Program-made: the position numbers and the translations under genes
Source: Gammaproteobacteria bacterium
GTDB taxonomy: Bacteria > Pseudomonadota > Gammaproteobacteria > Steroidobacterales > Woeseiaceae
Length of the DNA stretch: 64,000 nt
Direction of reading: 5' to 3'
NCBI GenBank assembly: GCA_022600955.1
Contig: JAHZJK010000024.1
Location: 122,003 to 186,002 of the forward strand
Notes under the pieces: model-generated
Told to the model about the DNA's origin: nothing
The model's input: the letters and a program-made list of their open reading frames with translations, nothing else
Database searches by the model: none
Part shown: piece by piece, positions 54,789 to 64,000 of the stretch
Numbering within the stretch: the stretch's first letter is position 1
Layout: every line of letters begins with the position of its first letter

Positions 54789-56543
54789 CTATTGACCCTT
54801 TTGCACGGTACGCACGACACCTTCGCGACGTTTGTCAGCGGCGCCATCCAGCCCATCAGGACCAACCACGATAATATGCAGCCCGGAGTTTTCTCCGTCA
54901 CGCTCCTGCACGTTGTAGCCCTTTTCCTTGAGGTCGGACGCAATGGCCTGCCCCGGATCAACCGAAATCTCAACGCGGACGTTTTCGCCGCGAGCGATGA
55001 TGTTCGGATGATCAACTGCTTCCTGGGCAGACATGCCCCAGTCCAGAACGCCAACGATGGTCTTCGCAACATAGGCCGGGATGGAGTTGCCTCCCGGAGA
55101 ACCGGTCACCATCATCAAGTCACCGTTCGCATCAAAAACCATACTGGGCGACATGGACGAGCGTGGCCGGCGACCAGGCGCAACGGCGTTTGCCGGTCGA
55201 CTGCCATCTGCGGGGACTTCGCGGGCGAAATCAGTCATCTCATTGTTGAGGAGGAAGCCAGAGGCCCAGCGTTGTGAACCGAAAAAGCCTTCGATCGTCG
55301 CGGTCATGGATATCGCATTACCATCTGCGTCGATGATTGACAGATGTGTTGTACCCGCTGCTTCCTCCGTCGTGTCCGGACTCCAGCGGTTCGCGGTTGG
55401 TTCTCCATGCAGGACCATCACCGGGTCACCGGGTGTTGGCACTGCGGCCGGTGCGATTCGTTCGGTCGCACGATGCCGGATGTATTCCGGGTTCAGGAGG
55501 TCGTCAAGCGGGATGTCGATCTCATCGGGATCGCCAAAGTAATGATCGCGGTCCGCGTAAGCGAGTCTTTGTGCGTCAACGAATGCGCTGATCTTGTCCA
55601 TGGGTCCGGCAGCATCTGCTGACAGGTGGTCGTACAGTGCTGCAATCATGATCTGGGCGCCGCCCGATGACGGTGGTGATGTCGTGCAAATATTCAGGTC
55701 GCGGAACGCGCCGCAAATGACGGGTCGTGCAGAGACGGTGTAGGCCTCCATGTCCGCGGCTGTCAGGGTGCCGCCATTCGGCTCTGCCTGTGCCGACGCG
55801 GCGATAGATTCCGCCACTTCACCGGTATAGAACGCACTGATGCCTTCGGTAGCGATTCGGGACAGCGTCTCAGCATAGTCCGGATTTTTCAGAAGGTCAC
55901 CGACCTGCAATGCTTTGCCGCCTGGATAGAAGTACGCAGCAGTATCCGGGTTCTTCGCCAGCCGGCTGCGTTCCTCCATCATCGGCAGGTACTTGGCAAG
56001 TCGTGGTGAGACTTCGAAGCCATCCGTCGCAAGCCGAATTGCGGGTGCAAACAGATCTGCCCACGGCAATCTTCCGTGTTGCTCATGCGAGTACTGGTAC
56101 AGAGCGACGGCACCGGGCACGCCAACTGATTTGCCGCTCTGCCATGCTTCGACAAAACTCATTACTTGTCCGTCACGCATGAACATGTCGACTGTTGCGC
56201 CCGCCGCCGCGACCTCACGGCCATCGTAGAAGTCGAGATCTCCGGTTTCGCGTTCGTACACAAGCAGGAATGCCCCGCCACCGAGGCCGGAACTTTGTGG
56301 CTCGACCAGGCCGAGTACCGCGTGTGCTGCTATTGCTGCGTCAACGGCGTGTCCGCCTTTTTCAAGCATTTCAGTAGCGGCTGCGACCGCGTGTGGATTG
56401 GCGGCGGTCGCCATCGCACCATGTACCCAGCCATCTGTCTGTTCCTGTTCAGTGGCGTCGACGTTGTTGTTTGTCGATTCCTGTGGGTCCTGCGAACAGG
56501 CGTAAAGGAGCAGGAGGGCGAGACCAAGAGCAATGCGCTTCAT
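54789..56543 (-). CDS. ggt: Gamma-glutamyltransferase
   Basis: Signal/lipobox-like MKRIALGLALLLLYAC (start 56543). Autoprocessing Thr in AAGTTHLSIIDADGNAISMTATIE. GSPGGNSI near the C-terminus. Confidence 0.92.
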   Translation of the reverse strand: MKRIALGLALLLLYACSQDPQESTNNNVDATEQEQTDGWVHGAMATAANPHAVAAATEMLEKGGHAVDAAIAAHAVLGLVEPQSSGLGGGAFLLVYERETGDLDFYDGREVAAAGATVDMFMRDGQVMSFVEAWQSGKSVGVPGAVALYQYSHEQHGRLPWADLFAPAIRLATDGFEVSPRLAKYLPMMEERSRLAKNPDTAAYFYPGGKALQVGDLLKNPDYAETLSRIATEGISAFYTGEVAESIAASAQAEPNGGTLTAADMEAYTVSARPVICGAFRDLNICTTSPPSSGGAQIMIAALYDHLSADAAGPMDKISAFVDAQRLAYADRDHYFGDPDEIDIPLDDLLNPEYIRHRATERIAPAAVPTPGDPVMVLHGEPTANRWSPDTTEEAAGTTHLSIIDADGNAISMTATIEGFFGSQRWASGFLLNNEMTDFAREVPADGSRPANAVAPGRRPRSSMSPSMVFDANGDLMMVTGSPGGNSIPAYVAKTIVGVLDWGMSAQEAVDHPNIIARGENVRVEISVDPGQAIASDLKEKGYNVQERDGENSGLHIIVVGPDGLDGAADKRREGVVRTVQKGQ

Positions 56544-56628
56544 GAAGAGTCCTGTGAGAGCAGCGAACCGAAGGCCGGCCAATATAACTCAAAAACGCCG
56601 ATTTTTGCTCTTTGTAATGTCCTGAATC

Positions 56629-57567
56629 TCAGGCGTCATTTTGGGATCGCCTCAGTTCACTGGGCGTGCAACCGTAGTGGCGCTGGAAAGCCCTGCTGAG
56701 TGTTCGTGCTGACGCGAAGCCAGTTGCATCTGCAATGTGCTCGAACGGTGTCGCCGTGTACTTAACCAGGCTATGCGCTTTCATGATGCGCCAATCCGAG
56801 ATGTAGCTCATCGGGGAGACGCCAACCACATCCTGAAAGCGTCGCACCAGGGTTGCTTTGGACATGCCAACACGCTCGCCCAGTGATGTGAGCGACCAGT
56901 TGAATTCAGGTTCCTGGTGAATCAACGTGAGAGCACGATAGACACGCCGATCCCGCAATGCTGCAAGAAATCCCGTTGCGCCCTCATTCTCACGCACGAA
57001 ATGATTCAGGAGTTGTAAGAACAGGACTTCAGTGAGTCGGTCTGCGATGCGGCTGCCACGATCCCGGTTACCTTGCATCTCTATGTCGATCAGGTTGACG
57101 ACTGACCAGATGGGGCCGTTCGACGCCAGCATAGAAAAATGCATCATCTCCGGCAGTGCATCGAGTATCGGGTGCGATGCGCCCTGATCATAGTGCACCA
57201 TGCCGCACATGAGCCGATTCGTTATCTCTCCTTCCTGAAAAAGCGGATTTCCCAGCTCACAGGCTTCGCCAGCCTGCGTGCTGGGAATCAGCTCACGGTC
57301 CGGCATGTCCGCTATCCAGTGGGAGTTACCGGTCGGCAACATGATGATGTCCGTCTCTTCAGCCTTCACGGGCTGCTGCGCGTCCGAGCCAACGAAACAC
57401 TCTCCCGACAACATGATGTGGAACCGAGGGATACCCATGTCCGTCAGGGATATACCCCACGGTGCCGCGAGATCCGAGCGAAAGAACACGGAGCCACGAA
57501 AGCGCAGGGTCTCAAGGATGTCCCCGAGCACGTCAAAGTTCGGCTCCTGATTGAGTCGCTCAGGCAC
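56629..57567 (-). CDS. AraC-family transcriptional regulator (cupin-like N-domain + HTH_18)
   Basis: C-terminal LGERVGMSKATLVRRFQ and IADATGFASARTLSRAFQRHYGCTPSELR. Confidence 0.9.
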   Translation of the reverse strand: MPERLNQEPNFDVLGDILETLRFRGSVFFRSDLAAPWGISLTDMGIPRFHIMLSGECFVGSDAQQPVKAEETDIIMLPTGNSHWIADMPDRELIPSTQAGEACELGNPLFQEGEITNRLMCGMVHYDQGASHPILDALPEMMHFSMLASNGPIWSVVNLIDIEMQGNRDRGSRIADRLTEVLFLQLLNHFVRENEGATGFLAALRDRRVYRALTLIHQEPEFNWSLTSLGERVGMSKATLVRRFQDVVGVSPMSYISDWRIMKAHSLVKYTATPFEHIADATGFASARTLSRAFQRHYGCTPSELRRSQNDA

Positions 57568-57674
57568 TCGATTGATTTCCCGGGATACCGGAATACAAGG
57601 TGTTGTCTCCTATGATTCGTCGCATCACAAATCGCGCAGCAAGTCGTGCGCTATGAACAAATGGGAGAATCAGA

Positions 57675-58298
57675 ATGTTTAAGAGCATAAGCACATTATC
57701 GACAGTTTCCACGGCTGTTGCCGGGCTAATTCTATCAGTCGTTGCGGTGAATGCCGTCGCGGACGAGTATTTCACGATTACCGATGGCCAGCTGGAACGT
57801 CCGACCGGGTTTCGCGAATGGGTGTACGTCGGTACGCCAGTTACGCCAAACGACATGAACGACGGCAAGGCTGCTTTTCCAGAGCACCACAATGTTTATA
57901 TTGATCCGGAGAGCTGGGCTCACTGGAAGAAGACCGGAGAATTTCGTGAAGGCACTATTCTCATGAAAGAGCTGGTCAGCGTTGGAACGAAAGCCGCTGT
58001 AAGCGGCAACGGTTACTTCCAGGGCGACTTTATTGGTCTCGAAGCTACGATCAAGAGCAAGAAACATTTTCCGGATGAGCCGGGCAACTGGGCGTACTAC
58101 AGTTTCTCAACGCCGGACCACAAGACGCTTGCTGCAGAGGCCAAGCCGTTTCCGGCAGCGTCCTGCAATGGCTGTCACGCGGGTGCCGCTGCAGATGACT
58201 GGGTGTTCACCCAATACTATCCAGTCCTTCGTGCCGGCAAAGCAGCTGACGAAGACGGGACTGGCGGCAAGCGGACAGACTTGTCTGAGGAGAAGTGA
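57675..58298 (+). CDS. Cytochrome P460-family protein (periplasmic mono-heme)
   Basis: Signal peptide. FPEHHNVYIDPESWAHWKKTGEFREGTILMKE. A single CNGCH followed by DWVFTQYYP. Confidence 0.75.
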   Translation: MFKSISTLSTVSTAVAGLILSVVAVNAVADEYFTITDGQLERPTGFREWVYVGTPVTPNDMNDGKAAFPEHHNVYIDPESWAHWKKTGEFREGTILMKELVSVGTKAAVSGNGYFQGDFIGLEATIKSKKHFPDEPGNWAYYSFSTPDHKTLAAEAKPFPAASCNGCHAGAAADDWVFTQYYPVLRAGKAADEDGTGGKRTDLSEEK

Positions 58299-58300
58299 TC

Positions 58301-58867
58301 ATGAGCCGAATCCGACAATTAGGAATCGGTGCCGCATCGGCAGTACTGGTACTCGCGGGATTGTCGTTATCCGCAAGCGCTGAAGACGAGGCCTTTTCAC
58401 CTTACGTCGATGCGCAGGGGAACATCAGTTTCCCGAGCGGGTTTCGTACTTCCATGGTGCACCTCGGGTCCTGGTTCGTGCCGGAAGGAGGTGCGAGCGG
58501 CTTCCATGATGTGTACACAGAGAAGGAAAGTGTCGAGGCCTATCGCGCCACCGGCAAGTTTCCCGATGGCGCTACTATCGTCAAGGAACTACGGGCATCC
58601 GAAGCGGGTAATTACACCACCGGTACGAACGTTAGCTTCGCAACCGATGGGCTCAAGCAATGGTTCGTAATGATCAAAGACGAGCAAGGGCGTTTTGAAA
58701 GTAACCCGATCTGGGGTGATGGCTGGGGTTGGGCTCTTTACAAGCCTGACGACAAAGGAACGAATGTCGCCTCTAACTACGAGAACGATTGTCTCGGCTG
58801 TCATGTGCCAGCCAAGGCGGCTGACTGGGTGTATACGGAGGCATATCCAAGCTTGAACAGTAATTAG
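58301..58867 (+). CDS. Cytochrome P460-family protein, tandem paralog
   Basis: GAGGAG RBS, then ATG 58301 (track GTG 58295). Signal peptide GAASAVLVLAGLSLSASA. FHDVYTEKESVEAYRATGKFPDGATIVKE. CLGCH followed by DWVYTEAYP. Confidence 0.75.
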   Translation: MSRIRQLGIGAASAVLVLAGLSLSASAEDEAFSPYVDAQGNISFPSGFRTSMVHLGSWFVPEGGASGFHDVYTEKESVEAYRATGKFPDGATIVKELRASEAGNYTTGTNVSFATDGLKQWFVMIKDEQGRFESNPIWGDGWGWALYKPDDKGTNVASNYENDCLGCHVPAKAADWVYTEAYPSLNSN

Positions 58868-58910
58868 CGGGAAGCAATTTCAGTGGACCGCTTTGTAAGG
58901 AGTAACAGCA

Positions 58911-59357
58911 ATGACGACGACACACGAAAAATTTAGCCAAGAGGATCTGCGATCACGTCTCACAGCAGAGCAGTATCGTGTTACCCAGGAAAAGGGTACC
59001 GAACCTGCCTTCTCGGGTGAACATGTCGACTGCAAAGACGATGGCACGTACTCCTGCGTCGTGTGCCAGAGCGCATTGTTTCGTTCCACGACGAAATACG
59101 ACTCCGGTTCCGGCTGGCCGAGTTTTTGGCTGCCACTGGCCGGAGACAAGGTGCGTACACAGCTGGACGAGAGTCACGGGATGCGCCGTGAGGAAGTTCT
59201 GTGTGCCAATTGCGATGCGCACCTCGGTCATGTATTCCCTGACGGACCGAAGCCGAGCGGAAGTCGTTATTGCATCAACTCTGCATCACTGGACTTCGCA
59301 CCAGCGGATGACGACGACTCCGATCGTGTAGAACGAGCTAGCGGAGGTTCATCATGA
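58911..59357 (+). CDS. msrB: Peptide-methionine (R)-S-oxide reductase
   Basis: Zinc CxxC pairs (CVVC, CANC), GWPSFW, catalytic RYCINS. Confidence 0.95.
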   Translation: MTTTHEKFSQEDLRSRLTAEQYRVTQEKGTEPAFSGEHVDCKDDGTYSCVVCQSALFRSTTKYDSGSGWPSFWLPLAGDKVRTQLDESHGMRREEVLCANCDAHLGHVFPDGPKPSGSRYCINSASLDFAPADDDDSDRVERASGGSS

Positions 59358-59923
59358 ACGCGGTTGCGCCAGAATCGCGGCAACGGCGCATTCCGATGCC
59401 CGTTCCGGAAAGCCACTTTGTGATTGGAACGAAACTGGAACCACCATTTCCCGCCGGGCTAGAGACTGCCGTATTTGGTATGGGCTGCTTCTGGGGTGTT
59501 GAGAAGCGCTTCTGGCAGATCCAGGGCGTCCATACCACGGCCGTCGGTTACGCGGGCGGCAGCCTGGAGCATCCGACTTACAAAGAGGTGTGTAGTGGAG
59601 GTACCGGTCATGCGGAGGTCGTACTTGTCGTTTTCGATCCGGATATTGTCAGCTATGAGGAACTGCTGAAGGTTTTCTGGGAAGGGCACAATCCCACGCA
59701 GGGTTTTCGGCAAGGCTACGATATAGGTTCACAATATCGCTCGTTTATCATTGCGTCGAGCAATGCACAGCTCATGCAAGCGCAGGCATCGCGAACACGT
59801 TATGAAGAGCAGCTGTCACCAGCAGGTCAGGATCGTGTTACGACAGAGATTGCAGGCGCGTCTCCTTTCTACTACGCCGAAGAGAAGCATCAGCAGTACC
59901 TGGCCAAATACGAACGCAATTAG
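59354..59923 (+). CDS. msrA: Peptide-methionine (S)-S-oxide reductase
   Basis: [13 protein letters not shown] active site, GHAEVV, YHQQYL-like end. ATGA overlap with msrB. Confidence 0.95.
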   Translation: MNAVAPESRQRRIPMPVPESHFVIGTKLEPPFPAGLETAVFGMGCFWGVEKRFWQIQGVHTTAVGYAGGSLEHPTYKEVCSGGTGHAEVVLVVFDPDIVSYEELLKVFWEGHNPTQGFRQGYDIGSQYRSFIIASSNAQLMQAQASRTRYEEQLSPAGQDRVTTEIAGASPFYYAEEKHQQYLAKYERN

Positions 59924-59948
59924 TGGGCACTCTTGCCTGAGTGCCCAC
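59923..59948. terminator. Hairpin terminator between convergent msrA and the cysK-grx fusion gene
   Basis: GTGGGCACT-cttgcctg-AGTGCCCAC (9-bp perfect stem) followed by TTGCTTGTT. Begins at the last base of the msrA stop codon. Confidence 0.7.
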
Positions 59949-59964
59949 TTGCTTGTTCATATGT

Positions 59965-61443
59965 TCAGGCCGACCGCCGCGGATGCAGCCATTGTGGCAG
60001 CAGCGACCAGGCATCAAGCGATTCGGTTTCGTCGTACTTGATATCAAGTTGCTCGAATCGCTTGAGTAGATCGCCACTTTCGAAAGCGTCAATTATCTCG
60101 GTGCAACCGCCCATGTGATCGCCACCGACAAACACTTGCGGCATTGTTGGTGCCCCGACACGCTCCCCCAGAGCCTGTCGAATTTTCACACCACGTTCGT
60201 TGTCCTGATATTCGACTGAATCGATATCGACACTCTTGTAGGCTACCCCGAGCGCATCAAACAGCTTGCGCAGCGTCCAGCAGAATTCACACCACTCTAG
60301 TGCAAACATGACAACCGGCTCCGCGGCGACAACGTCATCGATAAATCGGGCTGCGTCCGCGTCGACTTCGATCGGCATTGCCGCCGGTGTTGCAGGTGCC
60401 TGAACATCGAAGCGGTAACCTGGGGTCGAAGTCGAAATGGCGATCTCGTCGTCGTTCATGTCTTCATTGATATCCGCAAACAATGGTGTCGACAGGTAGC
60501 GTTCGCCGGTATCTGGCAACATTGCGACGATGTTCGCGCCTTGCGGGGCGTTCTTCGCGACTTCGAGTGCTGCGACCAGCGTGGCACCGGACGAGGTGCC
60601 GACAAAAATTCCCTCTTGCCGGGCAAGCGCTTGTGACAGCGCCATCGCCTGGTCACCGTTGACGGGTACCACTTCGTCGATCATGCCATCGTCGATAGCT
60701 GCCTGCGTCAGGTCCGAGACAAAGTCCGGGCTCCAGCCCTGCATCAGGTGTGGCCGAAAATGCGGGTGGCTGCCCTGCGGTTTGCCCTGGCTGTCTCTCG
60801 GTTGAGGAATACCCTTTCCCAGAATCGGTGAGTTGTCTGGCTCTGCAGCAACGATTCGGGTTTCCGGGCTTGCCTCGCGCATCGCGCGCGATACACCGAG
60901 CAGCGTTCCGCCGGTACCAAAACCCGATACCCAGGAGTGAATCTGTTCATCTCCAAAGTCCTCAAGGATTTCTTGTGCGGTGGACCAGTAGTGGACATCC
61001 GAGTTTGCGCGGTTCTCGAACTGGCGCGTCAGAAACCAGCCGTGTGTTTCAGCAAGCTCCTCGGCCTTTTTCATCATGCCAGTACCCTTCTCTGCGGCAG
61101 GTGTCAGCACAACTTTTGCTCCGAGGAAGCGCAGCAGCCTGCGACGCTCGACGCTAAAACTTTCCGCCATCGTTACCACCAGCGGGTAGCCCTTTTGTGC
61201 GCAGACCATGGCGAGGCCGATACCCGTGTTGCCGCTGGTAGCCTCAACGATTGTCTGGCCCGGCTGCAGTGTGCCGCGTGCCTCGGCGTCCTCGACCATC
61301 GCCAGGGCCATGCGGTCCTTGACTGAGCCCATTGGGTTGAACGCCTCAACCTTGACCCAGACATTGACACCATCTGGCGCGAGCTTGTTTAGTTTTACGA
61401 GCGGTGTATTGCCGATCGTCTCCAGAATGCTTGAGTACATCAT
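59965..61443 (-). CDS. Cysteine synthase/CBS-family PLP enzyme fused to a C-terminal glutaredoxin-like domain
   Basis: IGNTPLVKL, PLP-Lys FNPMGSVKDR, GFGTGGTLLG. A linker of about 60 aa, then VVMFALEWCEFCWTLRKLF...MPQVFVGGDHMGGCTEI (CxxC thioredoxin-fold). Confidence 0.85.
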   Translation of the reverse strand: MMYSSILETIGNTPLVKLNKLAPDGVNVWVKVEAFNPMGSVKDRMALAMVEDAEARGTLQPGQTIVEATSGNTGIGLAMVCAQKGYPLVVTMAESFSVERRRLLRFLGAKVVLTPAAEKGTGMMKKAEELAETHGWFLTRQFENRANSDVHYWSTAQEILEDFGDEQIHSWVSGFGTGGTLLGVSRAMREASPETRIVAAEPDNSPILGKGIPQPRDSQGKPQGSHPHFRPHLMQGWSPDFVSDLTQAAIDDGMIDEVVPVNGDQAMALSQALARQEGIFVGTSSGATLVAALEVAKNAPQGANIVAMLPDTGERYLSTPLFADINEDMNDDEIAISTSTPGYRFDVQAPATPAAMPIEVDADAARFIDDVVAAEPVVMFALEWCEFCWTLRKLFDALGVAYKSVDIDSVEYQDNERGVKIRQALGERVGAPTMPQVFVGGDHMGGCTEIIDAFESGDLLKRFEQLDIKYDETESLDAWSLLPQWLHPRRSA

Positions 61444-61471
61444 TGTTGTTTCTCCAGTTATCTAAGCGTTG

Positions 61472-62095
61472 TCACGCCGCGTCTTTCGCGGGCAGGAATT
61501 CGAGTGGTCGCTGGCAGATTGGTCGGCCGACGCTCAATGCGTCCCGCAAGTTTTTATCCAGCGAAAGAAATGCCGCATCTGCCTCACAGCCGAGTCCATC
61601 GAGCAATCGGGTCAGAAAACAGCGTCCGGCCACAATCGCCGCGATATCGAAAATGTCCGCGTCATCCAGGTTGTGGTGCATCTTTAGTGAATCGATCTGT
61701 CCGCAGGTAACGCGCCTCGGGTCGCGCGCGATCTGCCGCGCATAGCGAACAATGGCGACCTCATCGGCAGGCAATACGCTTTCCTCACGCCCTTCTGCGA
61801 TAGCGACCACGCTGTCTTCGCCGATGATAAGAGCAAGTTCCTTGCCATGTGCGAGTGAGCAGGCACTGTTCTTCAGCGCGTGGGCGGCAGCGAACGTCAC
61901 CAGTTCGAAGCGTCGATCATCAGCGGGCCGACGTAGTTCGGCGAGCAGACGGCCCCATCGCGCCAGCACCTCGGGCCGATGACTGAACGTCTTGGCGTAG
62001 TTGGGTACGTACCCCCAGAAGTCCTGCTGGCGTTCGTACATTTCACGAACTTCGTTGCATGCGTCGTCAGGGCGTACGGTATTAATGAATGTCAT
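61472..62095 (-). CDS. Carboxymuconolactone decarboxylase / AhpD-like (peroxidase-related) family protein
   Basis: 207 aa. VPNYAKTFSHRPEVL and NSACSLAHG resemble the peroxidase-related CMD subfamily. 4-nt overlap with the upstream gene. Confidence 0.75.
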   Translation of the reverse strand: MTFINTVRPDDACNEVREMYERQQDFWGYVPNYAKTFSHRPEVLARWGRLLAELRRPADDRRFELVTFAAAHALKNSACSLAHGKELALIIGEDSVVAIAEGREESVLPADEVAIVRYARQIARDPRRVTCGQIDSLKMHHNLDDADIFDIAAIVAGRCFLTRLLDGLGCEADAAFLSLDKNLRDALSVGRPICQRPLEFLPAKDAA

Positions 62096-63363
62096 GATGC
62101 TTTCCTCAGGGGCATTTTCAGGTAGGCGATAAGGTGCTCGGCAATGTCACGCGCGTCGTCTTCGATGCCGAAAATGAAACTGGATTTGCGGCGTCGTAGC
62201 AGCGGCAGACCGAGCGCATACAAGCCAGGTGCATCGACGATGCCGCCGTCGTGACGCAGGCGACCTTTGTGGTCCAGAACCGGCACATCGAGCCAGCCAT
62301 AATTCGGGCGAAAACCAGTCGCCCAGATAACGCTGCGAATGTTGTTCTTTTCAAAGTTCAGGTTCAGCAGAGGATTGTTATCGACGTTCGTCGGCGGGAA
62401 AGCCTCTGCACGCGGTGCGCGTTCGGCATCGGCCGTCTCGTCGATCGTCTTCAGCAAGCGCTGCATCTTGAGGTCCGCGAGTGCACACACGTTGCCGAGC
62501 GAACCGGAGAATTGTGCTGTGCCGTCACTCACGCGCATGAGGCGACCAGCGATTTGTGCGCCCTGATCCCGGAGGTAATTCAGGTCGAGCAGCGGTACAT
62601 TGGCGGACCCCACGAGTTGCGGTGACGGCAACTGGCGGCCGCGAGAAAGATCCTCGATCTCGTCGTAGCGCTGGTCGTGTATCCCGCTCTGTGTCAGCCA
62701 ATAGAAAATGTCCTTGCCGCGGTACTGACGTGGCAACCGTACGTGCTCGCCTGCAGCCAGCGTTACGTCGCGGCCGTCCTTAAGCAGTTCATCCGCAAGT
62801 TGCAGGCCCGTGGCCGACGCGCCGACGATGAGCGCTCCGCCAGCCGGTACGCTTTCAGGGGAGCGATAGTCAAACGCTGTCAGTTGCTTGACACTTGCGG
62901 GCAGGTCAGCCGCGACTCGCGGCACTGACGGCGCGTTACAGGCGCCCGTTGCCAGCACAACGGATTGCGCGCGCCAGGTGCCGTGATTGCAGGTCACTAA
63001 ATAGCGACCGCCTTCGCGGCGCACAGATGTGACTTCGGTTCCGGTGATGACCGGTGCGTCGGACTCCGCCGCATAGTCGTCGAGAAAGCCTATTAGCTCG
63101 GCGACCGACATGAAGCCATCCGGGTCATTGCCGTCATACGATCGCCCAGGCAACCGTGTTTGCCAGTTGGGCGTCAGCAAGTGAAGTGAATCCCAGCGTT
63201 CATGACGCCATGAGTTTGCAACCTCGCCACGCTCGAGAACGACATGATCGACGCCACGCGCTCGCAGCAGGTGGCTGATCGCAAGGCCGGCATGACCGGC
63301 ACCGATGACGACAACGTCAACGGCACCAGCCGTGCGGCAGGTTTGGCGAATTTCGTGGCTCAC
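62092..63363 (-). CDS. Flavin-dependent NAD(P)-binding oxidoreductase/monooxygenase (CzcO/FMO-like)
   Basis: Two dinucleotide motifs, VVVIGAGHAGLA and LIVGASATGLQLA. 4-nt overlaps with both neighbours. Confidence 0.8.
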   Translation of the reverse strand: MSHEIRQTCRTAGAVDVVVIGAGHAGLAISHLLRARGVDHVVLERGEVANSWRHERWDSLHLLTPNWQTRLPGRSYDGNDPDGFMSVAELIGFLDDYAAESDAPVITGTEVTSVRREGGRYLVTCNHGTWRAQSVVLATGACNAPSVPRVAADLPASVKQLTAFDYRSPESVPAGGALIVGASATGLQLADELLKDGRDVTLAAGEHVRLPRQYRGKDIFYWLTQSGIHDQRYDEIEDLSRGRQLPSPQLVGSANVPLLDLNYLRDQGAQIAGRLMRVSDGTAQFSGSLGNVCALADLKMQRLLKTIDETADAERAPRAEAFPPTNVDNNPLLNLNFEKNNIRSVIWATGFRPNYGWLDVPVLDHKGRLRHDGGIVDAPGLYALGLPLLRRRKSSFIFGIEDDARDIAEHLIAYLKMPLRKAS

Positions 63364-63923
63364 TGGTTGACTCGAACGGTAACGTTGGTCGGGTTAGTGA
63401 TGATGTCGAATACAGCCGATCGCTTTTGCGATTGCGCAACGATGGCCGCGATGTCGTCTTCAGATGCGTCGGCGTCGATCGCGTAGTTGACAGTAATGCC
63501 ATTGAAACCGTTGCGAACATCAGAATCGATGCCGAGGATGCCTTGAATATCCATGTCGGCTTCGATCGTTGCAGTTGCTGAGCGCAGCTTGACGCCACGG
63601 TTCGCCGCGACAGATGCGATGCCCGCCGTCAGGCAGCCAGCAAGGCCGACAAGAACGAACTCCACAGGCGTCGGGCCGTTGTCCTCGGATGCGAAAATCT
63701 CGGGATGATCCGAGTCGAAACAGAATTCACGTACGTGGCGCTGTTCTTCGCCGAGTCCAAAGAATCCATTGATGCGGGACTCTGTATGGGTGCCGCTTTT
63801 CCATTCACTCTCGGCACGCCACTTGAAACTTGCGGCCGCAGGCACCTCGGTCAGTGCTGCGCGAGCGCCCAGCAGTGCCTCTACATTTACTCCATTCAAA
63901 AGCTCGGTTGTTGTGTCAGTCAT
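63360..63923 (-). CDS. OsmC/Ohr-family protein
   Basis: 187 aa. Conserved Cys context GLAGCLTAG. AGGAGAA RBS upstream of ATG 63923. Confidence 0.85.
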   Translation of the reverse strand: MTDTTTELLNGVNVEALLGARAALTEVPAAASFKWRAESEWKSGTHTESRINGFFGLGEEQRHVREFCFDSDHPEIFASEDNGPTPVEFVLVGLAGCLTAGIASVAANRGVKLRSATATIEADMDIQGILGIDSDVRNGFNGITVNYAIDADASEDDIAAIVAQSQKRSAVFDIITNPTNVTVRVNQ

Positions 63924-64000
63924 TTCAGGTTCTCCTGTTGTTTGCGTTGCTAGAAAGCAGCGTGCTGCTGCCAGGTGCGGTGCATCCTGCCGGGAGTCCG

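Noticed and set aside
1-64000. Looked for rRNA, tRNA, CRISPR arrays, IS elements, integrases or phage structural genes anywhere in the window.
   Set aside because: No ORF resembles a transposase, integrase or phage protein. I saw no regularly spaced direct repeats or cloverleaf-like or rRNA-like stretches in the intergenic regions. All long non-coding gaps are 0.45 kb or shorter. Small RNAs cannot be excluded by eye.

Overview
64-kb chromosomal segment from a moderately GC-rich (mid-50s % by eye) Gram-negative, probably gammaproteobacterial, genome. I can support 52 protein-coding genes. I found no rRNA, tRNA, CRISPR array, transposase, integrase or prophage genes by eye. Several long ORFs in the track are antisense artefacts of GC-rich genes, and several real genes start downstream of the ORF-track start.

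Content:
(1) Ordinary metabolism and transport: truncated penicillin-acylase-family gene, FAD oxidoreductase, APC permease, class III aminotransferase, amidohydrolase, two DMT exporters, MocR-type regulator, GGT, RecQ.
(2) A dense redox and oxidative-stress set: katA/oxyR divergent pair, tandem cytochrome P460 paralogs, msrB-msrA, and an OsmC / flavoprotein / AhpD-like / CysK-glutaredoxin-fusion operon.
(3) Three envelope signalling modules:
- ECF sigma / short membrane protein / secreted TPR-CHAT protease.
- A QseE-QseG-QseF-like kinase / lipoprotein / sigma-54 regulator set, facing a sigma-54 promoter that drives a periplasmic EF-hand protein.
- A CadC-like wHTH / TolB-propeller one-component regulator that appears to start at CTG.
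(4) The most unusual region is a 12.4-kb divergent two-operon locus (31940-44357). It encodes a patatin lipoprotein, an 861-aa bitopic TPR/DUF4332-like protein, a small EF-hand-like protein, a coiled-coil lipoprotein, an M4 and an S8 protease without signal peptides, a stand-alone ComEC-type MBL hydrolase, and a 3-TM protein with an OmpA-like C-terminus. I do not recognise it as any named system and flag it as the best candidate for an undescribed envelope-linked conflict/defence system.

All domain calls come from motif recognition by eye. No searches were run.
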